This document shows, in pieces, positions 21,923 to 31,068 of a DNA stretch of 64,000 nucleotides (its first letter is position 1; each line of letters begins with the position of its first letter). The stretch spans positions 7,033-71,032 of the forward strand of contig JAVCDD010000180.1 in assembly GCA_030765125.1 (NCBI GenBank). Direction: 5' to 3'. A program made the translations under genes and the position numbers. The notes under the pieces are model-generated. The model was not told where the DNA came from and did not search any database. It worked only from the letters and a program-made list of their open reading frames with translations. Origin of the DNA: Candidatus Hatepunaea meridiana (lineage in GTDB: Bacteria; Electryoneota; AABM5-125-24; Hatepunaeales; Hatepunaeaceae).

Positions 21923-23830
21923 TCATATTCTGCAAGCCAGTTCAAAACCATCCCGTACCGCGCTGAATATATTTGCTGGTTTGTTAGCGTCACCGATGCT
22001 GTGAACGCTGATGCCTCTGGTTAGAAGCTGTGACTTTAAGCGGTTTTGGGATTTCATACCAATCGCTATTATAACGGTATCAAACTCACCTAATAGTGAT
22101 TTTCCTTTTTTCCCTTTTATAAACGCTTTATCACCATCGAACCATTCAACCTTCGTATTGGTTAAGATAGTAACGTCTTTGGATGTTAGGCTTTTCATCG
22201 TCATTTTCTTGTTGATCGGTATCATATCCCGTCCTACTTCTTCCAACATTTCAACAACGGTAACCTTATGACCTTTCTGCGCCAGAAAATCGGCGGTTTC
22301 CAATCCGACCATACCACCACCTATTATGAGCGCATTTTGACCGATCTTCTCTTTCTCGAAAAGGACGTCATCGCTGAACAGTACTTTCCCCATACCCTTG
22401 ATCTCCGGTATTATCGGGATTGATCCTGTTGATAGAATCACATGATCGGGCTTTTCCCACAGGATATCCTCAGCGGTGGCGTGTTGGTTCAGTTTAAGCG
22501 TTACACTGCTATGCTTTATCTTATTTATCAACCCATCAAGAGGCTTTTTCATCATAGTTTTACCGGGTGGAATTACCGCAGATCTGAATTGACCGCCAAG
22601 CTTTCCCTCATCGAATAGAATGACGTTATGACCTCGTTTATCGGCGGTAACAGCCGCCTGGATACCGGCAGGACCGCCGCCAATAATCACGACCTTTGCG
22701 GGTTTTACGGCAGGTTCTACAGCTTCTGTTTCAAATCCTGCTTCAGGGTTAATCAAACAGCCTATACCCTCACCGGAATGAACCCTGGCAAAGCAACCTT
22801 GCAGACAGGCTCCGCACTGTGCAACCTCAATGTCTCGATTCTCCTTCATTTTCAAAGGTAGGTCCGGGTCAGCAAGCAACGGTCTGCCGAGTGATATTCC
22901 GTCAACGATTCCTTCATTAATGGCATGCCGAATATCAGCCGGATCACCCATTCGACCGGCTACAAAGACAGGAATATTTACCGATTTACGAATAGCGCCC
23001 GCCCACTCCAGATTCTTACCTGCAGGCAGACTCATATATTGAAAATACCAGGGAGGTGAATCGCAGGCTGAACCACTGACGACATGCAATGCTGCTATTC
23101 CCTGTTCTTCAAGGAATTGCGCCAGATTCACTGCATCGCGAAGTGTTATACCACCTTCGATCATTTCATTAGCTGATATTCGCGCAATAATGGGAATATG
23201 ATTGCCGACGGTGTCCTGCACGGCAGCGAGCACTTCTCTACCAAAGCGATAGCGATTGTCAAGGCTTCCGCCATATTCGTCATTTCGGTGATTTGTGTGT
23301 GATGAGATGAATTGCGAGATCAGATAACCGAGCCCGAATTGCAGCTCAATAATGTCAAATCCGGCGTTCACTGCACGTCCTGTTGCCCTGGCGAATTTCT
23401 CGATGATGGTATTAATGCGCTCAATGCTCAGGACTTCAGGCGTCTCACCTGTGCTCGGACAGGTAACAGTTGAAGGGGCTTCGGGGGTCATCCCGGAAGC
23501 TTTCGATCTTACCGCTCTGCCACCGTGGTTGAAGTGAGCTACAGCGAGAGAACCAGCTTGATGAATCGCTGAAGTCAAGTTCGATAATCCTTCAACATGA
23601 TCATCTGTCATTATACTCAGTTGCTTGGGATGTTCGCGGCAGGCTGGATCAATGACAAGAGGCTCGATGATGATTGCAGCGATTTTGCCTTCAGCGCGAC
23701 GCTGATAAAAGGCGATGTGTCTTTCATTTACCATTCCATCCGGCTTACCAAAAGCGGTCTTCAAAGGCGCCATAATAAGCCGGTTGGATAAAACGGTATT
23801 CCCAATCTCTATTTGGGAAAAAGGTTCCAT
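21923..23830 (-). CDS. Old-yellow-enzyme family NADH:flavin oxidoreductase with 4Fe-4S motif fused to an FAD/NAD(P)-binding pyridine-nucleotide-disulfide oxidoreductase domain (enoate/2,4-dienoyl-CoA reductase-like, 635 aa)
   Basis: TIM-barrel OYE N-terminus (LSNRLIMAPL...HFNHGGR). Cys cluster CGACLQGC. GGGPAG dinucleotide fold, and a second IIGGGMVGLE fold. Confidence 0.8.
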   Translation of the reverse strand: MEPFSQIEIGNTVLSNRLIMAPLKTAFGKPDGMVNERHIAFYQRRAEGKIAAIIIEPLVIDPACREHPKQLSIMTDDHVEGLSNLTSAIHQAGSLAVAHFNHGGRAVRSKASGMTPEAPSTVTCPSTGETPEVLSIERINTIIEKFARATGRAVNAGFDIIELQFGLGYLISQFISSHTNHRNDEYGGSLDNRYRFGREVLAAVQDTVGNHIPIIARISANEMIEGGITLRDAVNLAQFLEEQGIAALHVVSGSACDSPPWYFQYMSLPAGKNLEWAGAIRKSVNIPVFVAGRMGDPADIRHAINEGIVDGISLGRPLLADPDLPLKMKENRDIEVAQCGACLQGCFARVHSGEGIGCLINPEAGFETEAVEPAVKPAKVVIIGGGPAGIQAAVTADKRGHNVILFDEGKLGGQFRSAVIPPGKTMMKKPLDGLINKIKHSSVTLKLNQHATAEDILWEKPDHVILSTGSIPIIPEIKGMGKVLFSDDVLFEKEKIGQNALIIGGGMVGLETADFLAQKGHKVTVVEMLEEVGRDMIPINKKMTMKSLTSKDVTILTNTKVEWFDGDKAFIKGKKGKSLLGEFDTVIIAIGMKSQNRLKSQLLTRGISVHSIGDANKPANIFSAVRDGFELACRI

Positions 23831-23857
23831 TATCTTTACTCCTAAGATGGGATTGAT

Positions 23858-23943
23858 AAATAGGGGGACAGTATACCTATTTCATAAATACTCTTTGAAA
23901 TAACGACGGTCAATAAAGAAATAGGTATACTGTCCCCCTATTT
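23858..23943. mobile_element. Intergenic palindromic element with the same 26-27-bp arms as the coding copy at 2511-2600 (aaatagggggacagtatacctatttc ... gaaataggtatactgtccccctattt), 34-nt spacer
   Basis: Arms identical to the 2511-2537/2574-2600 arms and the spacer is unrelated. Lies between the Mrp-NifX stop (23962) and the OYE start (23830) on the same strand. Confidence 0.8.
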
Positions 23944-23961
23944 CCACTTTGTGGTGAGATA

Positions 23962-25176
23962 CTAATGATCACAGATATTCTCACCTGCTGTAAGTGTTCC
24001 ATCAAGATATGATTTTGCAATTACTTCAGGTGTTTCGCAAGGTCCACCGATGATGACATTGATGCCCAGTTGCGTAAATATATCTTTAGCCCGACCACCC
24101 ATACCACCGGCTACTACCACGTTGGTTCCATGCTCCTTAAGCCAACCCGGGAGCATTCCCGGTTGATGACCAGGAGGAGGTATATTAACGGTGTTCTTGA
24201 TTGAATGGCTGCTTTCATCTATGTCGACAAAAGCAAAGGTCTCACAATGACCGAAGTGTTCGCAAAGCTTACCTTGTGCGATAGGAACCGCAATTCGCAA
24301 TAGATCGTCTGTTTTCATTGAAACAGGCGGTTCTTTAATTACTTCAGATAACCCGGATGCATCTACAACCGGTATGGTTATCTGATTGACTATATCATTG
24401 AAAGCAGCCGCGGCGGCAGATGCCATAAAGCTCTTCAGATACGGATTCCCCGCTTCGGCAGCATCGGCAACCTGTTTGTCAAGAGGTATTGCACCCAGGA
24501 AAGGAACGCTCATCTCTGCTGCCATTCGAGCGCCTCCACCGGCGCCGAAGATGTTGACCCTTGCTCCGCAATCAGGGCATATAAAGCCGCTCATATTTTC
24601 AATGACGCCGATGACTTTCACATTCAACTTATGACAAAAATTGATACACTTACGAACATCATCTATTGATATTTGCTGAGGTGTTGTTACGATTATCGCA
24701 CCTTCCGGTTCGGGAAGCTTCTGGGCGATCGAGAGCGGTTCATCGCCAGTTCCCGGTGGTGAATCTATAATCAAATAGTCCAGTTCACCCCATTCTACGT
24801 CACTTAGGAACTGAGTTATCATTTTGTTCTTCAGCGGACCGCGCCAGATTACGGCGTCATCGCGATTTGGCAGCAGAACGCCGATTGACATAATCATAAG
24901 ATTATCGTTGTATTTAACCGGAAGAATCGTGTTCTCTTCCTGACCGATTTTAGCGTGCTGGTCCTGGAGGTTAAAGAGTTGTGGAATATTCGGACCGTGG
25001 ATATCAATGTCCATTAATCCGACCTTTTTGCCTTGCATTGCGAGCGAGGCAGCGAGGTTAGCAGCGACCATACTTTTCCCGACGCCGCCTTTGCCTGAAA
25101 GAACAAGTATCTTTTTATCTATTTTAGACATACGGTTTTTTATTGCTTGATCTTCGTGCGAGTTGTCTTTGTTCAA
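23962..25176 (-). CDS. Mrp/NBP35-family Fe-S cluster carrier ATPase fused to a C-terminal NifX/NifB-like cofactor-binding domain. TTG start at 25176 with an AGGAGA SD, or the alternative ATG at 25131
   Basis: P-loop ILVLSGKGGVGKS. ParA/Mrp core with CPDCG. C-terminal ~110 aa (AQGKLCEHFGHCETFAFVDI...VVAGGMGGRA) is NifX-like. Confidence 0.8.
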   Translation of the reverse strand: MNKDNSHEDQAIKNRMSKIDKKILVLSGKGGVGKSMVAANLAASLAMQGKKVGLMDIDIHGPNIPQLFNLQDQHAKIGQEENTILPVKYNDNLMIMSIGVLLPNRDDAVIWRGPLKNKMITQFLSDVEWGELDYLIIDSPPGTGDEPLSIAQKLPEPEGAIIVTTPQQISIDDVRKCINFCHKLNVKVIGVIENMSGFICPDCGARVNIFGAGGGARMAAEMSVPFLGAIPLDKQVADAAEAGNPYLKSFMASAAAAAFNDIVNQITIPVVDASGLSEVIKEPPVSMKTDDLLRIAVPIAQGKLCEHFGHCETFAFVDIDESSHSIKNTVNIPPPGHQPGMLPGWLKEHGTNVVVAGGMGGRAKDIFTQLGINVIIGGPCETPEVIAKSYLDGTLTAGENICDH

Positions 25177-25230
25177 GATTGTTTCTCCTGTTGAATTTAT
25201 TGTTTTTTTATTTTTGTCCGCAGATTAATG

Positions 25231-25689
25231 TTACCATTTCACTAACACCCGATCATCATCCCCATAGAACTGCGGTGTCTGCAAACCGCTTATCCTATTG
25301 GATGTATCCATAACATTCTCAATGACATAGGACTTTAATTCACCGAGTGTTACTTTCAGGTCATTATTGCCGTCCGCTTTTCCTTTCAAACCTAACGCTA
25401 TATAATACGTAAACAATCCGGTTTCAGATTGGTCGAATCCGAGCGAAGTTTCGCTTCCCGACGATGAATTGATAACTGTGAAATTTGGGTATTGCAGCCA
25501 AGGTTTCTTTATCCGTATACCGATACCGATCGCCTTGTCGGGGCTGAAGCAGGCAGATATAACAATCTTCGAATGCCCATCCAGTGTTTTCCACAGTGAC
25601 ACATCGAATTCGGTTTCATCGGCAGCATTGCAGTTTACTACGATCAGGGCAAGAACGGCTATGATAAGGGGTAAGATTTTAAATTTCAT
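25231..25689 (-). CDS. Small secreted hypothetical protein. The track ORF extends to 25755, but the start is more likely the ATG at 25689 followed by a signal peptide
   Basis: MKFKILPLIIAVLALIVVNCNA is signal-peptide-like. No recognisable domain. Confidence 0.45.
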   Translation of the reverse strand: MKFKILPLIIAVLALIVVNCNAADETEFDVSLWKTLDGHSKIVISACFSPDKAIGIGIRIKKPWLQYPNFTVINSSSGSETSLGFDQSETGLFTYYIALGLKGKADGNNDLKVTLGELKSYVIENVMDTSNRISGLQTPQFYGDDDRVLVKW

Positions 25690-25745
25690 TGTGATCGTCT
25701 CTTTTATGAACCACAGATTACGCGGATTTAACAGATTATTTTGTT

Positions 25746-25808
25746 TAGAGTCCAAGCTTCAGCTTGTTTTAGCTATCTAACCAGCAAGCTGAAGCTTGAA
25801 CTCTGAAC
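25746..25808. repeat. Hairpin MITE/REP-like element (tagagtccaagcttcagcttg ... caagctgaagcttgaactctgaac)
   Basis: Inverted repeat of the AGAGTCCA-xCTTCAGx family. Confidence 0.6.
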
Positions 25809-26276
25809 TGAAAAAATCTGCGTAATCTGCGGATGAAAAACAATATCAATTTACTAAAAAACAATTCCAAAGTCAATTATTTCAATCCTTTCTATTGATT
25901 TTGAATAAATGTAATTCCAGCATTTGGTGTGCATACGTTGCATATATTAACAACGGGGAATAAAACCCAATCCTTATTGCGATATGGTTTCTAATGTAAA
26001 AGATATTGGCACGACTTTTGCAACAGAATATTACAGAGAAGAAATTCCCTCGGTTCATATGATGATTTGTCCGCCTAACCTGGAAACGCGGCTTGAGCAG
26101 GTACGGTTTACATGGTTAGGACGCGCTGGTGGTCGGCGCGCTTCCCGGTAGGCGGAAAAAGTATGGGCTGAGGTTTTTTTATAGATCAATGCAGTCGCCG
26201 TTGGAGACAACTACAACTACAAATACCAATCAACGCCGGACATAATCCGGCGCTATTACTCTATAGGACAAAGAAA

Positions 26277-26891
26277 ATGTCGGAGAAATTCGAACCCATA
26301 ATAAAGCGCGCATTTCTGTTGTTGCTGGCAATCCTGATGCTTGCCGGCGCTGGGAATGCGCCTGAAAATAGAGCGGAATACCGCGAAGAGATGGCAAAGA
26401 TCGAGCTATTATTCGGTGAACTTGACGAATATAAAGGCTACCAGACATTGATGAACCAAATCGGGTTGGACGAAACAATCGAGGTTATTCAACTTATTGA
26501 GAACAGCGATTACCCGGAAATGGTTAAGGCAATTATTGAAGTTGAATCAGCGTGGAAAGTGAGAGCTTTGTCGAATATGGACGCAATCGGATTAATGCAG
26601 ATCAGAATGATTGCGGCAACCGAAGTTGAACCCGGGATTAATTCAAGTCAGTTGTATAACCCGACGGATAACGTTCGTATCGGTATCAGCATCTTTGAAA
26701 ACCACATGGCTTATTTTACAAACTACACCGATACCGAACATTGGGCGTTAACAGCTTACAATAGAGGGCGTACGGGAACGTTCAATCTGAAGCTTAAACC
26801 ACCTCGAACAAGATATTCAAACAAAGTGCTGGATATAAGATCTAACACCGGTTTTCACAGCATCGTAAGCGTCAACAATCAAGTGACATAA
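26277..26891 (+). CDS. Lytic transglycosylase (SLT-domain) protein with N-terminal signal/anchor
   Basis: SLT catalytic motif IIEVESAWKVRALSNMDAIGLMQI (E-S...GLMQ). ATG at 26277. Confidence 0.8.
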   Translation: MSEKFEPIIKRAFLLLLAILMLAGAGNAPENRAEYREEMAKIELLFGELDEYKGYQTLMNQIGLDETIEVIQLIENSDYPEMVKAIIEVESAWKVRALSNMDAIGLMQIRMIAATEVEPGINSSQLYNPTDNVRIGISIFENHMAYFTNYTDTEHWALTAYNRGRTGTFNLKLKPPRTRYSNKVLDIRSNTGFHSIVSVNNQVT

Positions 26892-27067
26892 TGACGGTAT
26901 AATATACGTATATACAATATGATAAGAATGATACAGGATTAATTAATAACGGAATTATGACGCTTATAACTCCATAAATGCACTAATAAAATGATTGGAT
27001 TGAGTTAAATTTAGTCATCTATACATTGACTTTCTAATGATGAGATTTGAGATAATAACAACCGTAC

Positions 27068-30000
27068 TTACTTCAAGTAAATCAGACGTTTATTAACGCT
27101 GTTACCGGAATCGCTGAACTTAATCATGTAAAATCCGTTACTCAGACAGAGTGGTCGCCAGGTTAGGGTATACCAACCTGGATGGTGATGTTTGTCAACC
27201 AACGACGATACTCGCCTGCCGCTAAGGTCATAAACTGTAATCTGAACGGGTCCACTTGTCGGAACCGCATACCTGATAGTTACGCTCGTGTTAAATGGAT
27301 TTGGATAAGGAAAATCAACTATAAACTCATCGGGTATTATTATATCTTCAATTTTATCACTATTGTTGGTTACTATCCTGATGTTATATTGTGAAAAAAC
27401 AACATCGTTTCCATCAGTAACTTCGTAAAGAACGGTATCATAACCGGGCACCCAGTAAAGAATAGAATCATGAAGTGCGTTATCATAAATCTCAACTCGA
27501 TCTTCTTCTAACCAGCTCCAATGGTAATAAAGTAATTCATCATCCTGATCCGATACAAAAGCATCAAAATTACGGTAGAGTCCAACTTCTAAAGTTATAT
27601 TATGAACTCCATTACTCAAAATATGAATCATTGGGCGATGATTTTCATGATCAAAAGGATATGCGCCAATATCAGCAACAGAACCATCCGGATCGCGTTC
27701 ATCATCCGGCATTCCCGCGTCAATTGCAGGTGAGCTTGATCTGATACCATATCTATTTTGTCCAAAACCGATGAATTCAGGCGGAAGATACACATTACCA
27801 TAAATATCACAGGAATCTTCATTAGCATTAAGACTATCGAGTTCTCCAATACCTTCTGGAAATCTTCTAAGATTGAAATCACCAGCGCCATTACTCGATA
27901 TTAAATTGTTTCGTATTTCGTATAAATTGCCTGAAGAACCATCAACACCCCAAACAGTGTTATTGGTAATTATATTATTTCGAATAGAGCCCGTTCGAAT
28001 ATCGTTTCGAGGCGATAAACTAATACCATATAAAACATTATAACTGATCACATTATTATAAACTTGATAATTTGAGATTAAATTCAGAACCATACCTGAG
28101 CGATTATGAGTTATAATATTGTGATGAATCAATCCATACCTGATGATGTTTAGTTGTAACCCGCAACAGTAATCAGGAATGGGGAAATTCAGTCCATTTT
28201 CATAAATATTGTTATCAGCAACAATTATAGAATCCGAATAAATATAAACACCCATTTCCCTGCATCCGTATATACTGTTGTTCGTAATCACAACATTCCT
28301 GCAAAATCTAATAATCTGAATTCCAGATGTACAATAGCCCAATGAGCATCCCTCAACACTGACAGTAGTGCAACTATCAATATCTAAACATTTACTTAGA
28401 CAATATTCTATGCTGGAATTTGACAGACTAACTGACGATCGTCCCGTTATATCCAATCCAGTATATGCATTTCTTATCATAGCAGCGTTGATCTCAACAG
28501 GGTTATCACCCGGATGGATATATATTCCCTCCCAGGCATTGAATTGGTTTTGAGGACAATCGCCTCTGAATATAATTTGAGAATCTTCATTGCCTCGAAA
28601 TTCAATGTCACCGTAGACAGTCATATTCTGACGTATTCTATCACTTATATAATTCATTGTATCATAAGGTGCATAAGGGAAGATTATTTCCACCCCAGGA
28701 AAAATGGTTAGATTTTCACCTTCAGGCACGATCAGATTATCTAATGCAATATAAGGTGAATGATCTCTTGTCAGTTCACCGGATATTTCACCACCTAAGA
28801 TAGTCTCGTCAATTATGTCCACGGAAACGGTTAAAGTATCTTCGCCTTCGTCCTCATCTGTTGCTCTGATAATAAATGTAAAATCCTGTTCATTTTCAGG
28901 TACAACACCCGATACGGTTATGCGATCTTCCGCGTCGTCTCTACGTTCAATTTCCAGCCAATCAGGTAAGCCGATAAAACTGATATCAACTCGATCCCCA
29001 TTGTCAACTGCAATAGCCTCATAGTTAAAATCCCAATCACGGCTTGCCTGTGCATACCAATAAGATGTTATTACGGGCGATGGATCTACTCTATTGTCAA
29101 AGGGAATTGCTCCAATATCCGACCAAGTGCCATCCGGATCATTATTAATGTCAGGATTGCCGGTGTTAATACAGGGACTGTCCCACCTAAGTTGCACTTC
29201 ATAAGGATTGCCTCCTGTAAATAGCGGATCCGCTTCAATATCTTTATCTCCCAATTCAATACCTTCAACCGATGTACCATTGTTATAAAAACAATTATAT
29301 GAAGCGCTGACATTACTTTCCGATACTGCTAGACCCGTGCAGGTAGGTCCGTTGCCAAAAAGGATGTTGTTTGTAAAATTTATTTCTGAATCATCTTCTA
29401 TTCTCACTACTTCACCTTGAGATTCAGGCAGGCGAAACATTATGGTATTGTTAATAATATCAGAATCGATTACTTCATGAATTACCATTGAACTGCTAAC
29501 TCTATTTCGATAAATCTGAATGTTTTCCGAATCAAAACAATACATTATAGAGCTTATAGAATTATTATAAACGCTAATATTATCTGAAATATTTACAACA
29601 ATGCTAATTATTTTATTACTAAATATCTCAATATTATGACCGCCTGTCAGGTTAATCCTACCGCCCTGATTGTTATGAATTGTAATATTGCTATTGTTTA
29701 GGATACCCAGCCTAATATCAAGTCCCGTATTATTATGAATTTCAATGTTGTATGCACCGCTTATCCTAATTTCTGAAACACTAATTCGAGGTGATCGGTT
29801 ATTAGCAATGATACAATCTCTTAGTTCTCTGAAATCGATCTGTGTATTAATAATCAAATTATCTTGAAATTCAAATATATCCGGACTATTATTAGATGCT
29901 ATAACGATTCCACCTCTTGAGAATTCATTATTTGTTACAATAAACTCGTTAACATCAAAAAGTCGTATATGATTACATCTTGAGTTTGTGATAGTTATTT

Positions 30001-30409
30001 TGTCAAATTCACCCCTGATTATACTTCGAAATTCAAAGGTTCTGACAAATCTCAATGTTATTTCTTCACCCATATCTTCCTGGCTGCTGAATCCTCGCCA
30101 GCCATATTCGTCTTGAATAAAAGTAATGGAATCGTTTTCTTCTCCCAGAGCGATTAAACTTCCATTTATCCAGAAGCTTTCAACTGTTCTATATCTTATT
30201 TCAACACCGGGATTTATTAAAAGAGTATCACCTGCAGGTAAGAATGTTTCACCAACGATTAGGTAAGGGTTTCCTTCCATATCCCAAACACCCGACACCT
30301 CCCCCTCAACTTCAGTCTGTGCTACCAAAGAAAACGGCAATGCCATTATAAATAAGACAGAGATTCCCCTGAGGAGTGCTTTAATAGAAGTAAGGTTTGA
30401 TTTCTGCAT
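27068..30409 (-). CDS. Right-handed parallel beta-helix repeat protein (1113 aa) with signal peptide and T9SS C-terminal sorting domain
   Basis: Repeated N/I-rich beta-helix rungs (NNxIxxNxxxGIxL). C-terminus YPNPFNTSVTIRY...ITVYDLSGRRV...GWYTLTW...GFYMIKF... is a canonical Por/T9SS CTD. Confidence 0.85.
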   Translation of the reverse strand: MQKSNLTSIKALLRGISVLFIMALPFSLVAQTEVEGEVSGVWDMEGNPYLIVGETFLPAGDTLLINPGVEIRYRTVESFWINGSLIALGEENDSITFIQDEYGWRGFSSQEDMGEEITLRFVRTFEFRSIIRGEFDKITITNSRCNHIRLFDVNEFIVTNNEFSRGGIVIASNNSPDIFEFQDNLIINTQIDFRELRDCIIANNRSPRISVSEIRISGAYNIEIHNNTGLDIRLGILNNSNITIHNNQGGRINLTGGHNIEIFSNKIISIVVNISDNISVYNNSISSIMYCFDSENIQIYRNRVSSSMVIHEVIDSDIINNTIMFRLPESQGEVVRIEDDSEINFTNNILFGNGPTCTGLAVSESNVSASYNCFYNNGTSVEGIELGDKDIEADPLFTGGNPYEVQLRWDSPCINTGNPDINNDPDGTWSDIGAIPFDNRVDPSPVITSYWYAQASRDWDFNYEAIAVDNGDRVDISFIGLPDWLEIERRDDAEDRITVSGVVPENEQDFTFIIRATDEDEGEDTLTVSVDIIDETILGGEISGELTRDHSPYIALDNLIVPEGENLTIFPGVEIIFPYAPYDTMNYISDRIRQNMTVYGDIEFRGNEDSQIIFRGDCPQNQFNAWEGIYIHPGDNPVEINAAMIRNAYTGLDITGRSSVSLSNSSIEYCLSKCLDIDSCTTVSVEGCSLGYCTSGIQIIRFCRNVVITNNSIYGCREMGVYIYSDSIIVADNNIYENGLNFPIPDYCCGLQLNIIRYGLIHHNIITHNRSGMVLNLISNYQVYNNVISYNVLYGISLSPRNDIRTGSIRNNIITNNTVWGVDGSSGNLYEIRNNLISSNGAGDFNLRRFPEGIGELDSLNANEDSCDIYGNVYLPPEFIGFGQNRYGIRSSSPAIDAGMPDDERDPDGSVADIGAYPFDHENHRPMIHILSNGVHNITLEVGLYRNFDAFVSDQDDELLYYHWSWLEEDRVEIYDNALHDSILYWVPGYDTVLYEVTDGNDVVFSQYNIRIVTNNSDKIEDIIIPDEFIVDFPYPNPFNTSVTIRYAVPTSGPVQITVYDLSGRRVSSLVDKHHHPGWYTLTWRPLCLSNGFYMIKFSDSGNSVNKRLIYLK

Positions 30410-31068
30410 GTTAGATTTCTACCTTTCATTATCACCATTGCCAAAGAAAACGAATTACAAATCTTGAGTTATAAAGTGGAAAGAAACAGGTTAAATTACT
30501 TGGTAATATAATATAATGAGGAAAAACGTTAATAGCAAGAGGTCTTAGGAGTGTCGCGTCTACTTAAGATAATCTAAGCAGGTGTAAAACAAGTGGAATG
30601 AAACACTTAAGTTAAGTATGATTAAGTCGTTTAAGATTAACTATTATTCCTTCAAGTAAACTAATCTTCATAATATCCATATCCCAAAAACTCACATTGG
30701 AACAAATATTGCAGCTATTTAACATAGAGGATGAATTGTACATTTATAATTATGTGATTGTTTGAGTATTCTAATCTACTGTCTTTCTGTATTATAACTG
30801 CGCAAGTTCAACCTCACCATCCAACAATAATATATTTACATAATCCGTAGAAAAATGCAATCGTTCAAATACAACGCATAATATGCACACATAATGATTG
30901 CATCACTTGTCAGAATATACGAGCTGAAATAGATTTAAATGAATCAGGATGCATAAAATGCACTGCAAACAAATATGCTCGTTTTTAAGAAACTAATCAT
31001 CCTGGGCACGGAATCATTCGCGCCTGAGGAAACTATATTCATCAATCACATTTAGCAAGGAGGACATC

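Noticed and set aside
20318-25176. A nitrogen-fixation (nif) locus
   Set aside because: Only NifX-like cofactor-binding domains are present. There is no nifH/D/K or nifE/N/B architecture, and the rSAM has a SPASM tail unlike NifB.
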